Shown: piece by piece, positions 1-9,322 of the stretch
How positions within the stretch are numbered: position 1 is the first letter of the stretch
How the letters are laid out: every line of letters begins with the position of its first letter
Translations under genes and position numbers: made by a program
The notes under the pieces: generated by a model
Database searches by the model: none
Told to the model about the DNA's origin: nothing
The model's input: the letters and a program-made list of their open reading frames with translations, nothing else
Source: an uncultured Clostridia bacterium
GTDB lineage: Bacteria; Bacillota; Clostridia; Tissierellales; Dethiosulfatibacteraceae
Assembly: GCA_964523535.1 (NCBI GenBank)
Contig: CAZFYP010000002.1
Coordinates: 1 to 41,481, forward strand
Direction: 5' to 3'
Length of the DNA: 41,481 nt

Positions 1-1
1 G

Positions 2-1354
2 GAAAAACCAGTCGGAGCAATAGTCCAGTTTGGGGGACAGACTCCTCTTAACATTGCCGCAGAGCTTCAGGAGGCAGGAGTAAACATACTAGGTACTTCC
101 ATAGATACAATAGACCTTGCAGAAGACAGGGACCAGTTCAACAAGATCATGGACAAGCTTGAGATTCCAATGCCTGAGTCTGGAATGGCTGTAAACATTG
201 ATGAAGCCATTGTCATTGCCGAGAGGATTGGATATCCACTTATGGTTAGACCTTCTTATGTACTTGGAGGTAGAGGCATGGAGATAGTCCATGACGAGAA
301 CATGCTTAAAACCTATATGAAGGAAGCCATAGGAGTGACTCCTGAAAGACCTATACTGGTTGACAGGTTTCTTGGAAGTGCAACGGAGGCTGAGGCAGAT
401 GCCATCTCAAATGGTATAGATGCCTATGTACCTACTGTAATGGAACATATAGAGTATGCAGGAATACATTCGGGAGATTCTGCATGTGTAATACCACCCG
501 TAGGAATTGACCAGAAACATATAGATACCATAATTGATTATACAAAACGAATAGCTGCGGAAATGAAAGTTGTAGGACTCATGAACATGCAGTATGCCAT
601 TGCCGACGACAAGGTATATGTGCTGGAGGCGAATCCAAGAGCTTCAAGGACGGTGCCTTTGGTTTCCAAGGTCTGCAATATTCCTATGGCTACAATAGCT
701 ACGGAAATCATGATGGCTAAGGAAGAAGGCAAGGAATACTCCATAAAGGACATTAAAGACAAGAAGATTCCTCACTATGGTGTCAAGGCTGCAGTACTGC
801 CATTTGACAAGTTCCCTGAAGTTGACCCTGTTTTGGGGCCTGAGATGAAGTCTACAGGCGAGGTTCTTGGTATGGCTCAATCTTTTGAACTTGCTTATTT
901 CAAGGCAAAGGAAGCAGCAGGAATCAACCTTCCTCTTAAAGGAACTGTTCTCATAAGTGTAAACGACAAGGACAAGGAAGAAGCACTTATTGCCGCCAAG
1001 AAGTTTGAAGAGATAGGTTTCGATATAGTTGCGACAGATGGAACATGCAAGTATATGAAGGAAAATGGAGTCAATTGCCAGGTTATCAAAAAGGTTCATC
1101 AGGGAAGACCCAATATCGCCGATGCAATAGCAAACGGCAAGATAAACTACATCATCAATACTCCTTTGACCAAGCTCAGTGAAATCGATGATTCTTTCAT
1201 AAGAAAGATTGCAATCAAGCACAAGGTGCCATATATTACGGCCATGACTGCTGCCCTTGCAAGTGCAAATGGTATAGATGCCTATATCAAGAACGGCCAG
1301 TCTACATCGGAGAAGAAATCTCTCCAGTCATACCACAGCGACATAGAAGAATAG
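2..1354 (+). CDS. carB: Carbamoyl-phosphate synthase large subunit, 5'-truncated by window edge
   Basis: Frame open from nt 2 (EKPVGAIVQFGGQTPLNIA); motifs GYPLMVRPSYVLGGRGM, EHIEYAGIHSGDS, EANPRASRTVP, LGPEMKSTGEV; C-terminal MGS-like domain. Confidence 0.97.
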   Translation, partial: EKPVGAIVQFGGQTPLNIAAELQEAGVNILGTSIDTIDLAEDRDQFNKIMDKLEIPMPESGMAVNIDEAIVIAERIGYPLMVRPSYVLGGRGMEIVHDENMLKTYMKEAIGVTPERPILVDRFLGSATEAEADAISNGIDAYVPTVMEHIEYAGIHSGDSACVIPPVGIDQKHIDTIIDYTKRIAAEMKVVGLMNMQYAIADDKVYVLEANPRASRTVPLVSKVCNIPMATIATEIMMAKEEGKEYSIKDIKDKKIPHYGVKAAVLPFDKFPEVDPVLGPEMKSTGEVLGMAQSFELAYFKAKEAAGINLPLKGTVLISVNDKDKEEALIAAKKFEEIGFDIVATDGTCKYMKENGVNCQVIKKVHQGRPNIADAIANGKINYIINTPLTKLSEIDDSFIRKIAIKHKVPYITAMTAALASANGIDAYIKNGQSTSEKKSLQSYHSDIEE

Positions 1355-1363
1355 TAAATATTA

Positions 1364-1403
1364 AGTCCGCTGAAAGTTGTATTACTTTCAGCGGACTCTT
1401 TTT
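1364..1403 (+). terminator. Intrinsic terminator after carB
   Basis: AGTCCGCTGAAAGT-tgtatt-ACTTTCAGCGGACT perfect 14-bp stem followed by CTTTTT. Confidence 0.85.
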
Positions 1404-1613
1404 AGCCTGACTGGCCAAATGAAGCTTGACCCGGATAAGCCTCTAAAGCTGCTTTATTCAAGGAAGAAAATAAATAGCTGGCTATTTTCCTTTTTATCGT
1501 ATATAATAGACCAGGCAACAAAAAAATAAAAAAAGTTGCTGTTGATAATATTGGAAGAATGAAAAAACGCGGTTGATCCGTATTCAAATAAATGGCTAAT
1601 GTCTCTTATCTGT

Positions 1614-1646
1614 AAAGAACGCATTTGGTGCGTTCTTTGTTTTGTT
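1614..1646 (+). terminator. Terminator-like hairpin in the leader of the DEAD-box helicase gene
   Basis: AAAGAACGCA-TTTGG-TGCGTTCTTT followed by GTTTTGTT, about 40 nt before the GTG start. Confidence 0.6.
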
Positions 1647-1687
1647 CATTCAAAGTATAATATTAGGAACAAAAAGGAGAAATATTA

Positions 1688-2995
1688 GTGTTATTCGAAA
1701 ATTTAAACATCATTGAGCCCATTCAGAAGGCTTTAAAATCTGAAGGATACAAGGAAGCTACACCAATTCAGGCTGAAGCTATTCCTTCACTGTTAAAAGG
1801 AAAGGACCTGCTGGGATGTGCCCAGACAGGAACAGGCAAGACTGCTGCATTTGCAATACCAATCTTGCAGGGAGTTGCAGCTGAAAAAAGAGGTGGAAAA
1901 GGTAAGAGACAAATAAAGTCCCTGATACTTGCACCTACCAGAGAGCTTGCAATTCAAATAGGCAAAAGTTTTGAAGCATACAGCAGATACATGGACATAA
2001 AAACATTGGTAATATTTGGAGGTGTGTCACAGCATCCTCAAACAAAGGCTCTTAGGAGTGGTGTGGACATCCTGGTTGCGACACCTGGAAGGCTTCTTGA
2101 CCTTATGAACCAGAAATATGTAAGCCTTAAGAATACCAAGTACTTTGTACTGGACGAAGCAGACATGATGCTTGACATGGGAATGATTCACGATGTAAGA
2201 AGAATCATCAAGCATGTTCCTGTAGTGAGACAGACTATGTTTTTCTCTGCAACCATGCCTGCCGAAATAGAAAAGCTTGCCAACTCAATACTAAAAAATC
2301 CATTGAAGGTTGAAATAACTCCCGTATCATCCACTGTTGATACAATAAAACAATCTGTCTATAGAGTAGGTAAGAGGGATAAGACAAATCTTCTTATTCA
2401 CCTGCTTAAAAACAATGATATGGAATCAACCCTTGTTTTCTCAAGGACAAAGCATGGTGCCAACAAGATTGTAACCTTGCTTGGAAAGGCAGGACTCAAA
2501 GCTGAGGCCATCCACGGAAATAAGTCCCAGAATGCCAGACAATTGGCCCTCAAGAAGTTTAAGGAAAGAAAAACAAGGATACTGGTAGCTACTGATATTG
2601 CAGCACGTGGTATAGATGTGAGCCAGTTGTCACACGTAATAAACTACAATCTGCCGGAAGTATCTGAAACATATGTCCACAGAATAGGACGTACAGGAAG
2701 AGCAGGACATGGTGGAATTGCCATTTCCTTCTGTGACAATGAAGAGAGAAAACTACTTGTAGACATACAGAAGCTTATATCAAAAAAGATTCCTATAGTA
2801 CATGACCAGCCCTATGCATTAACTGACAAGGAATTCAACATGCCTGCAGCACCAAAACAGAATACATCGCAGTTCAAGCAAAGGTCGTCATCAAAAAACA
2901 ATTCATCTTATAAGAAAAAGTCTTCAGGAAACAAGAACAGCAAAAAACCATACTATTCAAAAAATAAGTCTGGAAAGAAACCTGCTGTAAAGTAA
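1688..2995 (+). CDS. DEAD-box ATP-dependent RNA helicase (RhlE/CshA-like)
   Basis: Q motif TPIQ, AQTGTGKT, PTRELA, TPGRL, DEAD, SAT, ARGID, HRIGRTGRAG; basic K/S/N-rich tail; AAGGAG RBS, GTG start. Confidence 0.96.
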   Translation: MLFENLNIIEPIQKALKSEGYKEATPIQAEAIPSLLKGKDLLGCAQTGTGKTAAFAIPILQGVAAEKRGGKGKRQIKSLILAPTRELAIQIGKSFEAYSRYMDIKTLVIFGGVSQHPQTKALRSGVDILVATPGRLLDLMNQKYVSLKNTKYFVLDEADMMLDMGMIHDVRRIIKHVPVVRQTMFFSATMPAEIEKLANSILKNPLKVEITPVSSTVDTIKQSVYRVGKRDKTNLLIHLLKNNDMESTLVFSRTKHGANKIVTLLGKAGLKAEAIHGNKSQNARQLALKKFKERKTRILVATDIAARGIDVSQLSHVINYNLPEVSETYVHRIGRTGRAGHGGIAISFCDNEERKLLVDIQKLISKKIPIVHDQPYALTDKEFNMPAAPKQNTSQFKQRSSSKNNSSYKKKSSGNKNSKKPYYSKNKSGKKPAVK

Positions 2996-3031
2996 GTCAT
3001 AATTGAAATAAAAAATAGAATCAAACATAGA

Positions 3032-3082
3032 AAAACACCTCTTTATTGGACCTTGCTAGTCCATAAAGGGGTGTTTTGTTTT
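3032..3082. terminator. Bidirectional terminator between helicase and C26 hydrolase
   Basis: AAAACACCTCTTTATTGGAC...GTCCATAAAGGGGTGTTTT inverted repeat with A/T tracts on both sides, between convergent genes. Confidence 0.8.
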
Positions 3083-3132
3083 AGTTATGCTAGTAGATTT
3101 AAGAAGGTTTTTTAATAACTCAAGAAACTGCT

Positions 3133-3870
3133 TTAAAGCGGTGAAGCTGCTTTTTTAACTAAAAATTTAAACACTTTGAGCATTTCATCGTTTGACAGGG
3201 CCATCATCTCGGGATGCCATTGTATTCCTACTATAAACTTGTGGTTGGGGTCGTAAATGCCTTCGATTATGCCGTCGTCGCTTTTGGCGCTTACTATGAG
3301 TCCCTTGCCAAGGCCTTTTACTGCCTGATAGTGGAATGAATTTACTGCAAGTCTTTTCTTGTTGAATATTTCAAAGTGTGGAGTGTTCTCAACTATGTTT
3401 ACATGATGGACGGGATAGTCTATTGGAGTTGCACCGCCCCAGTGACTTGATGAATTGTCCCTTTCCTTTTTTAGATTGCTGTAGAGGGATCCTCCTCTTG
3501 CTACATTTATAAGTTGGTGTCCCCTGCATACTCCGAGAATTGGCTTATCCAGTTTTTCAAAGGCCTCCATGAGAAGAATATCCCCTTTGTCTCTTTTAGG
3601 GTTGACCGATGTGGTGTGGATTGAAAAGCTGTCCTGATAGTATAGGGGAGATATTTCTTCGCTTCCTCCGGTGAGGATAAGGGCATCCAGTCTGTCTGCA
3701 TATTGAGCAGCCAATTCTTCATCTATGTCTGAATGGAGAATTATGGGTATTCCTCCGGATTCTGTTACTGCTTTCGCATAGTTGTGATGGACATTTATGT
3801 GTTTAAGCATTACAATGTTTTCCACCAGTATTGTTTTATCGTATGATGATATGCCTATAAGCGGTTTCAT
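3133..3870 (-). CDS. Peptidase C26 / gamma-glutamyl-gamma-aminobutyrate hydrolase family (PuuD-like class I glutamine amidotransferase fold)
   Basis: N-terminal KPLIGI, LILTGG, PILGVCRGHQ (catalytic Cys), VNSFHYQAV, GIQWHPE (His-Glu). Confidence 0.92.
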   Translation of the reverse strand: MKPLIGISSYDKTILVENIVMLKHINVHHNYAKAVTESGGIPIILHSDIDEELAAQYADRLDALILTGGSEEISPLYYQDSFSIHTTSVNPKRDKGDILLMEAFEKLDKPILGVCRGHQLINVARGGSLYSNLKKERDNSSSHWGGATPIDYPVHHVNIVENTPHFEIFNKKRLAVNSFHYQAVKGLGKGLIVSAKSDDGIIEGIYDPNHKFIVGIQWHPEMMALSNDEMLKVFKFLVKKAASPL

Positions 3871-3940
3871 TTTATTACCTTCCTTTATCCTATATAGTCT
3901 TTGAAAGATGTTGCAGTTTGACTTCCTTTATTAATTTAAA

Positions 3941-3956
3941 AGCAAGTTTCGTGCCA
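3941..3956 (-). promoter_or_regulatory. sigma54 (-24/-12) promoter of C26 hydrolase gene
   Basis: Minus strand reads TGGCACGAAACTTGCT, matching TGGCAC-N5-TTGC, about 70 nt upstream of the ATG. Confidence 0.85.
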
Positions 3957-4034
3957 AGGCTGATAATTATTATAAACCATAGAAGGGGAATGCCTTGTGT
4001 GGAAATAATGAAAAAAGCATTTCTAATAAAGCGA

Positions 4035-4090
4035 AACAGGGTGTTAAATGTGACGATAAAAAGGTTAAACAACCTATTTAACGTCCTGTT
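4035..4090. promoter_or_regulatory. Candidate upstream activator sequence (imperfect inverted repeat)
   Basis: AACAGGGTGTTAAAT (4035-4049) and ATTTAACGTCCTGTT (4076-4090) are 13/15 reverse complements; 80-135 bp upstream of the sigma54 site. Confidence 0.5.
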
Positions 4091-4133
4091 AAATATCCTG
4101 ATTATTGTTAATTAATCTTTAATAATGTGAATA

Positions 4134-6176
4134 TTAGGAATTTTGTCTAATAAATAAAATTCCTTTTTCAGTCAGATAATTTCCGCTTCTTCCTTTTCTT
4201 GAAAAGATAAGCTCTGATTTTTTCAGGTTGTCCAGTATGCGTCTTAGCTTGCTTTCAGTTAACAACTTGTCTTCTTCGTTTATTATTTCCAGTAGATGCT
4301 TTCTTCCAGCTGTTTTTTCTATTTCATTTAGAATCTTGATTACCTTAAGTATCTTCATGGTTACATCAATTTCCGATTTTTCTGATATTATATTGCTGCT
4401 GCTCTTGTTCAGGGATTCCAGTTCGTCCTGGTGGTTTTGAATATATTCAGGAAGCATGTCTGCGGTTATTGTATCCGATTCAGCTATGGTTGATATGTAA
4501 ATGGCTATATTGCTTAGTTCCCTTATATTGCCCGGCCATGGATAAGATACAGATTTTTCCATGAAACTGTCTGTAAACTTGAAGCTGTTTCTTGTGAAAT
4601 GCCTGAAAAGAAGCATTATATCTTCCTTTCTTTTTCGTAGTGGAGGCAGTTCTATTGGAAAGACGTTTAGCCTGTAGAAGAGGTCTTTTCGGAAATTGCC
4701 ATTTGCTATCATGTCCATTGGATTCTTGTGTGTGGCTGCAATTATTCTTACATCTATGTCTATGATACGGTCGGAGCCCAATGGTGTTATCTGCCTTTCC
4801 TGTAATACTCTCAACAGTTTGGACTGCAGGTGTATGGGCATGTCGCCGATTTCATCAAGGAAGATTGTTCCATTGTTTGCCCTTTCGAAGAGTCCTTTCT
4901 TTCCACCCTTCAGTGCTCCAGTGAAGGATCCTTCCGTATATCCGAAGCGTTCACTTTCTAAGAGATTTTCAGGTATAGCAGCTCCATTTATTGCTATGAA
5001 GGGTTGGGTTTTCCTTAAAGAATCGTTGTGTATTGCCTGTGCCAGAACTTCCTTTCCTGTGCCGCTTTCTCCAGTGATAAGAACAGTCAGATCCGTTGTC
5101 GCTATCTTCTTTGACTTGTCTATCGCCTTCCTTATTCTTGAAGAGGAATAGACAATATCGTCGAAGCTGTACTTGGCTATCTGCCCCTTTTCTCTTAATT
5201 TTCTGGATAAATCCTGTTCTAGTTTCTTGATGTATGTTACTTCTTGAAACTTGAAATACAGCCTTTCTTTTTTATTGTAATGAGTGATGTTTTTCTTCTC
5301 AAGTTTCAGAGATTTGTTCTTGAAGGTTACCAGGTCATCGCTGTAGTCTCCTTGGTAATACTTGCGCAGGTCTATTTCGTGGATTATATGGTGGATGATT
5401 TTTCCCACCACATTATCCTTAATCTCAAATATTTCCTTGAATCTTCTATTGCAAACCAGTATCTCTCCATTTTTGTCTGTCAGAAGCATTCCGTCCGTTG
5501 ACAGATCAAGAAGATTGTCAAGCTGCTCGGTTCTTGTCATGAGCTGACTGTAGTTGTCGGATTCGCTTCTGTTGGAGGAGAAAATCTTCTGATAGTAGGA
5601 ATAGAGGTTTTGATGTATTCTTTTCTCGTTAAGATCCAGTTTCCTTATTATCATTAGCATGGTTGGTATGTCCACCACGCGGCCCCCCAGGTCATATTGC
5701 TTGGGAATATACTGAGGAACAAGATGAGGCTCTCCGGGAGACAGGGCATAGATCAGGTGATGATAGTTCTCTCCCTTCTTGTAAGGAATTAGGTTTACAT
5801 GTTTTATCCCTATTTGGTAAAGTGATGATACGGATTCCAGTATTGTTTCCATGTCGTCGTTGACAACCAGTACATCCGAGTCTTCAGGTATTTTAAAGAG
5901 TTGGCGGATGCCGCTTTTGAGAAAGGTTCTCTTGGCCACGATGATATTGTTGGTGTTTGATACATGTTTTTTTACCTTTATTATTCTGTTTACAATCATT
6001 ACCAGCACAAGGTCTTCGTCTATACGCGTAAAGTCCTTGAATTTGTCTATATAATAGTTTTTTACAGTAACTGAACCTGAAAAGACTTCCAGTATATTGT
6101 GTTTGACTGTTTCGGCAGCTGAATTCGCTTGCAGGCTTCTTTTTTCGGAATCTGTCACTATTGCTATTGATTTCAT
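4134..6176 (-). CDS. sigma54-dependent transcriptional activator (N-terminal sensor + PAS + AAA+ + C-terminal winged HTH)
   Basis: Walker A GESGTGKE, GSFTGA loop, Walker B FLDEIG, RIIAATH, FRKDLFYRL, WPGNIREL; ATG at 6176 chosen over TTG 6188 because GGAG lies 6 nt upstream. Confidence 0.93.
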   Translation of the reverse strand: MKSIAIVTDSEKRSLQANSAAETVKHNILEVFSGSVTVKNYYIDKFKDFTRIDEDLVLVMIVNRIIKVKKHVSNTNNIIVAKRTFLKSGIRQLFKIPEDSDVLVVNDDMETILESVSSLYQIGIKHVNLIPYKKGENYHHLIYALSPGEPHLVPQYIPKQYDLGGRVVDIPTMLMIIRKLDLNEKRIHQNLYSYYQKIFSSNRSESDNYSQLMTRTEQLDNLLDLSTDGMLLTDKNGEILVCNRRFKEIFEIKDNVVGKIIHHIIHEIDLRKYYQGDYSDDLVTFKNKSLKLEKKNITHYNKKERLYFKFQEVTYIKKLEQDLSRKLREKGQIAKYSFDDIVYSSSRIRKAIDKSKKIATTDLTVLITGESGTGKEVLAQAIHNDSLRKTQPFIAINGAAIPENLLESERFGYTEGSFTGALKGGKKGLFERANNGTIFLDEIGDMPIHLQSKLLRVLQERQITPLGSDRIIDIDVRIIAATHKNPMDMIANGNFRKDLFYRLNVFPIELPPLRKRKEDIMLLFRHFTRNSFKFTDSFMEKSVSYPWPGNIRELSNIAIYISTIAESDTITADMLPEYIQNHQDELESLNKSSSNIISEKSEIDVTMKILKVIKILNEIEKTAGRKHLLEIINEEDKLLTESKLRRILDNLKKSELIFSRKGRSGNYLTEKGILFIRQNS

Positions 6177-6246
6177 ATCTTTCTCCAAATATTCTTCTTT
6201 GATTCTTTAACAATTTTATAACATTACGGGGTAAAGTGCAAATATA

Positions 6247-6262
6247 TGGCATGGATTTTGCA
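6247..6262 (+). promoter_or_regulatory. sigma54 (-24/-12) promoter of peptidase/ABC operon
   Basis: TGGCATGGATTTTGCA with correct GG-N10-GC spacing, 26 nt before the S9 peptidase ATG. Confidence 0.85.
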
Positions 6263-6288
6263 TTATTATTTTACAGGAGTAAATAATT

Positions 6289-8205
6289 ATGAAAAGAAAA
6301 AGTCAAATCAAGGATTTATTAAAAAACAGAATAATAAGCAACTTGAAGGTAGATGAAGAAAAAAATCTGGCCATTTATTTTGTCAACAGCCCCCATGTTG
6401 GTGAGAACAGACTGAAGAAAAGTATTGTTATTCTCAATACGGATACCATGAAAGAGGAGGGACTTATCCTGCCTTTTGAACCAGAGGATTATGTTTTTAA
6501 CGAAGAGGGTGTTGTTTTTGTTGAAAGGAAGTCAGGAAATTCGATATTATGGTCTTATGATTTAACTGAAAAAAGGAGTTACAGGCTGGTGGAGGTGCCC
6601 TTTAGTATCAAGACATTTTCCATTGGCAGTGAATATCTTTATTTTACTGCGGAAGTTCAGGATGAAAATGCAGGAAGCAATGTCAAGTGTAGCGAATATT
6701 CTCCCTTTTACCAAGAGGGTAGGGGCATTGTAGGAAGCAATGTGACAGGACTTTTTAGATCTTCCCTGGATTCTACGGAAATAAGTCTCATAAGCAGTCT
6801 GGACATGGATGTCGACCGAATCGACTATGATCTTGACAAGTGTCTCATAATGTTTACTTCATTCAAGAAGGCGCGGATAAAACCAGTGGCTTCAGATGTA
6901 TATACCTATGATATATGCAAGGAGTCCTTGGATTGCCATACTGAAGGCAATTTAAGGGTAGGCTGTCTAAAGATAATGACAGAAAAGGAGCTTTTGTTCA
7001 TGGCTGTTAATCTTGACAGGAAAAGCAGAAACGACAATCAGCAGATATATATAATAGATTTGAAGAATAAGCAAATAAAACGTCTTGGTGAAGAGGTGGA
7101 TTACAGCAACGAGTATCCGGGCATAGCTACGGATTGTGTATTCACCAATTCAAGGCCTGTCCAGAAAAAAGGAAGCTGGCTCTATCATATCAGGGTCCAA
7201 AGGGACAGAGAGATGCTCTGCAGGATAAATCTTGACGGTCACATGGAATATATAAATACTGGTATCAAGGAAATAAACGGATATTGCCTAATGGAAGAGG
7301 GTATACTCATATCGGGACTTAAGGGTCTTAAGCTTGATGAACTTTACCTCTACAGTGACCAGGTTTTACAGCAGATTACCACATACAACAGATGGCTTGA
7401 TGAAGTGAAGCTGTCAAGACCAGAGAAGCTGACATTTAATCATGATGACTGCGAATTTGATGGCTGGGTTTATGGTCCACAGGAAATTGAAGAAGGAAAG
7501 ACTTATCCGGGAATTCTAATGACCCACGGTGGTCCCAAGATGATATACTCAGATGTCTATTTCCATGATGTGCAGGTTTTGACTTCCTGTGGATATTATG
7601 TTTTCTATATGAATCCAAAAGGAAGCGATGGAAGAGGAGACGGGTTTTCAGACATAAGGGGTCATTTTGGAAGTGTTGCCTTTAATGAGCTTATGGATTT
7701 CACCGACCGGGTCCTTTACAAATACAAAAAAATCGACGGAGAATCACTGGGTGTCATGGGAGGTTCCTACGGTGGATATATGACTAATTACATCATAAGC
7801 CATACAGACAGGTTTAAGGCAGCGGTGTCGGAGAGGGGTATAAGCAATCTACTTGCTTCCTTTACATCATCTGACATAGGATACAAGTTCATATATGAAT
7901 ATATGGGCAACAGGGATCTTCCCTGGGACAATCCACAAGCTTATATGGAAGAGTCTCCAATAACATATGTTAACAGGGTGAAGACTCCAACCCTATTCAT
8001 CCATGGAAAGGATGACAGAAGATGTCATTATACTGAGTCCATGAACATGTTCAACGCCCTTAACTTTCTTGGGTTGGATACCAGGATTTGTATTTTTGAG
8101 AATGAGAACCACGGACTCCATGTGAGAGGGCGTCCCCTGAGCAAGCTAAAGCGATATGAAGAGCTTGTGGGATGGTTCGGCAAATATCTTTTAAAGGAGA
8201 ATTGA
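6289..8205 (+). CDS. S9 family serine peptidase (acylaminoacyl-/dipeptidyl-peptidase-like)
   Basis: HGGP, GGSYGG nucleophile elbow, HGKDDRRC (Asp), ENHG (His); long N-terminal propeller-type region. Confidence 0.93.
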   Translation: MKRKSQIKDLLKNRIISNLKVDEEKNLAIYFVNSPHVGENRLKKSIVILNTDTMKEEGLILPFEPEDYVFNEEGVVFVERKSGNSILWSYDLTEKRSYRLVEVPFSIKTFSIGSEYLYFTAEVQDENAGSNVKCSEYSPFYQEGRGIVGSNVTGLFRSSLDSTEISLISSLDMDVDRIDYDLDKCLIMFTSFKKARIKPVASDVYTYDICKESLDCHTEGNLRVGCLKIMTEKELLFMAVNLDRKSRNDNQQIYIIDLKNKQIKRLGEEVDYSNEYPGIATDCVFTNSRPVQKKGSWLYHIRVQRDREMLCRINLDGHMEYINTGIKEINGYCLMEEGILISGLKGLKLDELYLYSDQVLQQITTYNRWLDEVKLSRPEKLTFNHDDCEFDGWVYGPQEIEEGKTYPGILMTHGGPKMIYSDVYFHDVQVLTSCGYYVFYMNPKGSDGRGDGFSDIRGHFGSVAFNELMDFTDRVLYKYKKIDGESLGVMGGSYGGYMTNYIISHTDRFKAAVSERGISNLLASFTSSDIGYKFIYEYMGNRDLPWDNPQAYMEESPITYVNRVKTPTLFIHGKDDRRCHYTESMNMFNALNFLGLDTRICIFENENHGLHVRGRPLSKLKRYEELVGWFGKYLLKEN

Positions 8206-8206
8206 C

Positions 8207-9277
8207 ATGGATTCGGTTGAATTGCTGAAGGAACTAATGAAGATTGATTCCACAAGCCGACATGGTGCAAACCAAGCTGTAGAATATGCAGTTGCATACC
8301 TGAAGGATAATGGAATAGAGGGAAAAATATTGGAAAACGACGGCTTCAAGAGCTTTGTAGCTATTATTGGCTGCGGAGACAGGACTCTTGTCCTCAATGG
8401 CCATCTTGACGTTGTTTCAGGAAAAAAGGAACAGTTCCAACCTGTAGAGAAGGAAGGAAGGATATATGGACGGGGTTCAGCCGACATGAAGGCAGGATGC
8501 GTATCCATAATAAAGGCTTTCATAAGACTCAAGGACAATCCACCCAAATGCAGGCTAATGCTGCAGCTTGTTCCCGATGAGGAGACAGGAGGAAAGAAGG
8601 GTTCTGCCTTTCTTGTGGAACAAGGATATACAGGGGATATGGTCATATGCACCGAACCTACAAATATGAAGATTTCTATACAGTCCAAGGGAATCATTCA
8701 ATTGGATGTAACCACCAGGGGCCTTTCCGCTCATGGGTCCAGACCCTGGCAGGGAGTTAATGCCATAGAAAAATCCATGGAAAATTTCAAAAGGATTACA
8801 GAACTTGAAATTCTGAAAATTGGAAGTGAATTCTACGAGTCATCTACAGTTAATCTGGCATGGATCAAGGGGGGAGACATATATAATAGGGTTCCAGACC
8901 AGTGCATCATGGGACTTGACATAAGATATGTGCCCCATCTGGATTCTCAAGACATAGTCAGCGAAATAAATGCGGTGGTTGATGGAGATGTTGAGCTTGT
9001 AAACAGGGAGTATGGAGTACATGTGGAACCTGATAACGACTATATCGGATTATTGAAGGAGTCTCTTCTAAAGGTGATTCCCAAGGGTGATGTGGAACTT
9101 GCTGTACAGCATGGAGGGTCCGATGGAAGGTATTTTTCGGCAAAGGGAATACCTGCCATAGAATTGGGACCAAAAGGGGACTTTTGGCACGGTGACGGCG
9201 AATATGTGGAGATTGAATCCATGGTTGAGCTGGAGGAAATAATAGTTGACTTTGCTGGAAGATTTGGCAGTTATTAA
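8207..9277 (+). CDS. M20 family metallopeptidase/deacylase (ArgE/DapE-like)
   Basis: GHLDVV, GRGSADMKAG, DEETGG, TEPT, SAHGSRPWQG, C-terminal HGDGEYV. Confidence 0.92.
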   Translation: MDSVELLKELMKIDSTSRHGANQAVEYAVAYLKDNGIEGKILENDGFKSFVAIIGCGDRTLVLNGHLDVVSGKKEQFQPVEKEGRIYGRGSADMKAGCVSIIKAFIRLKDNPPKCRLMLQLVPDEETGGKKGSAFLVEQGYTGDMVICTEPTNMKISIQSKGIIQLDVTTRGLSAHGSRPWQGVNAIEKSMENFKRITELEILKIGSEFYESSTVNLAWIKGGDIYNRVPDQCIMGLDIRYVPHLDSQDIVSEINAVVDGDVELVNREYGVHVEPDNDYIGLLKESLLKVIPKGDVELAVQHGGSDGRYFSAKGIPAIELGPKGDFWHGDGEYVEIESMVELEEIIVDFAGRFGSY

Positions 9278-9322
9278 AAGGGAAACCTTTTGATATATAA
9301 CTTAATTTAAGGGAGGAACAAA

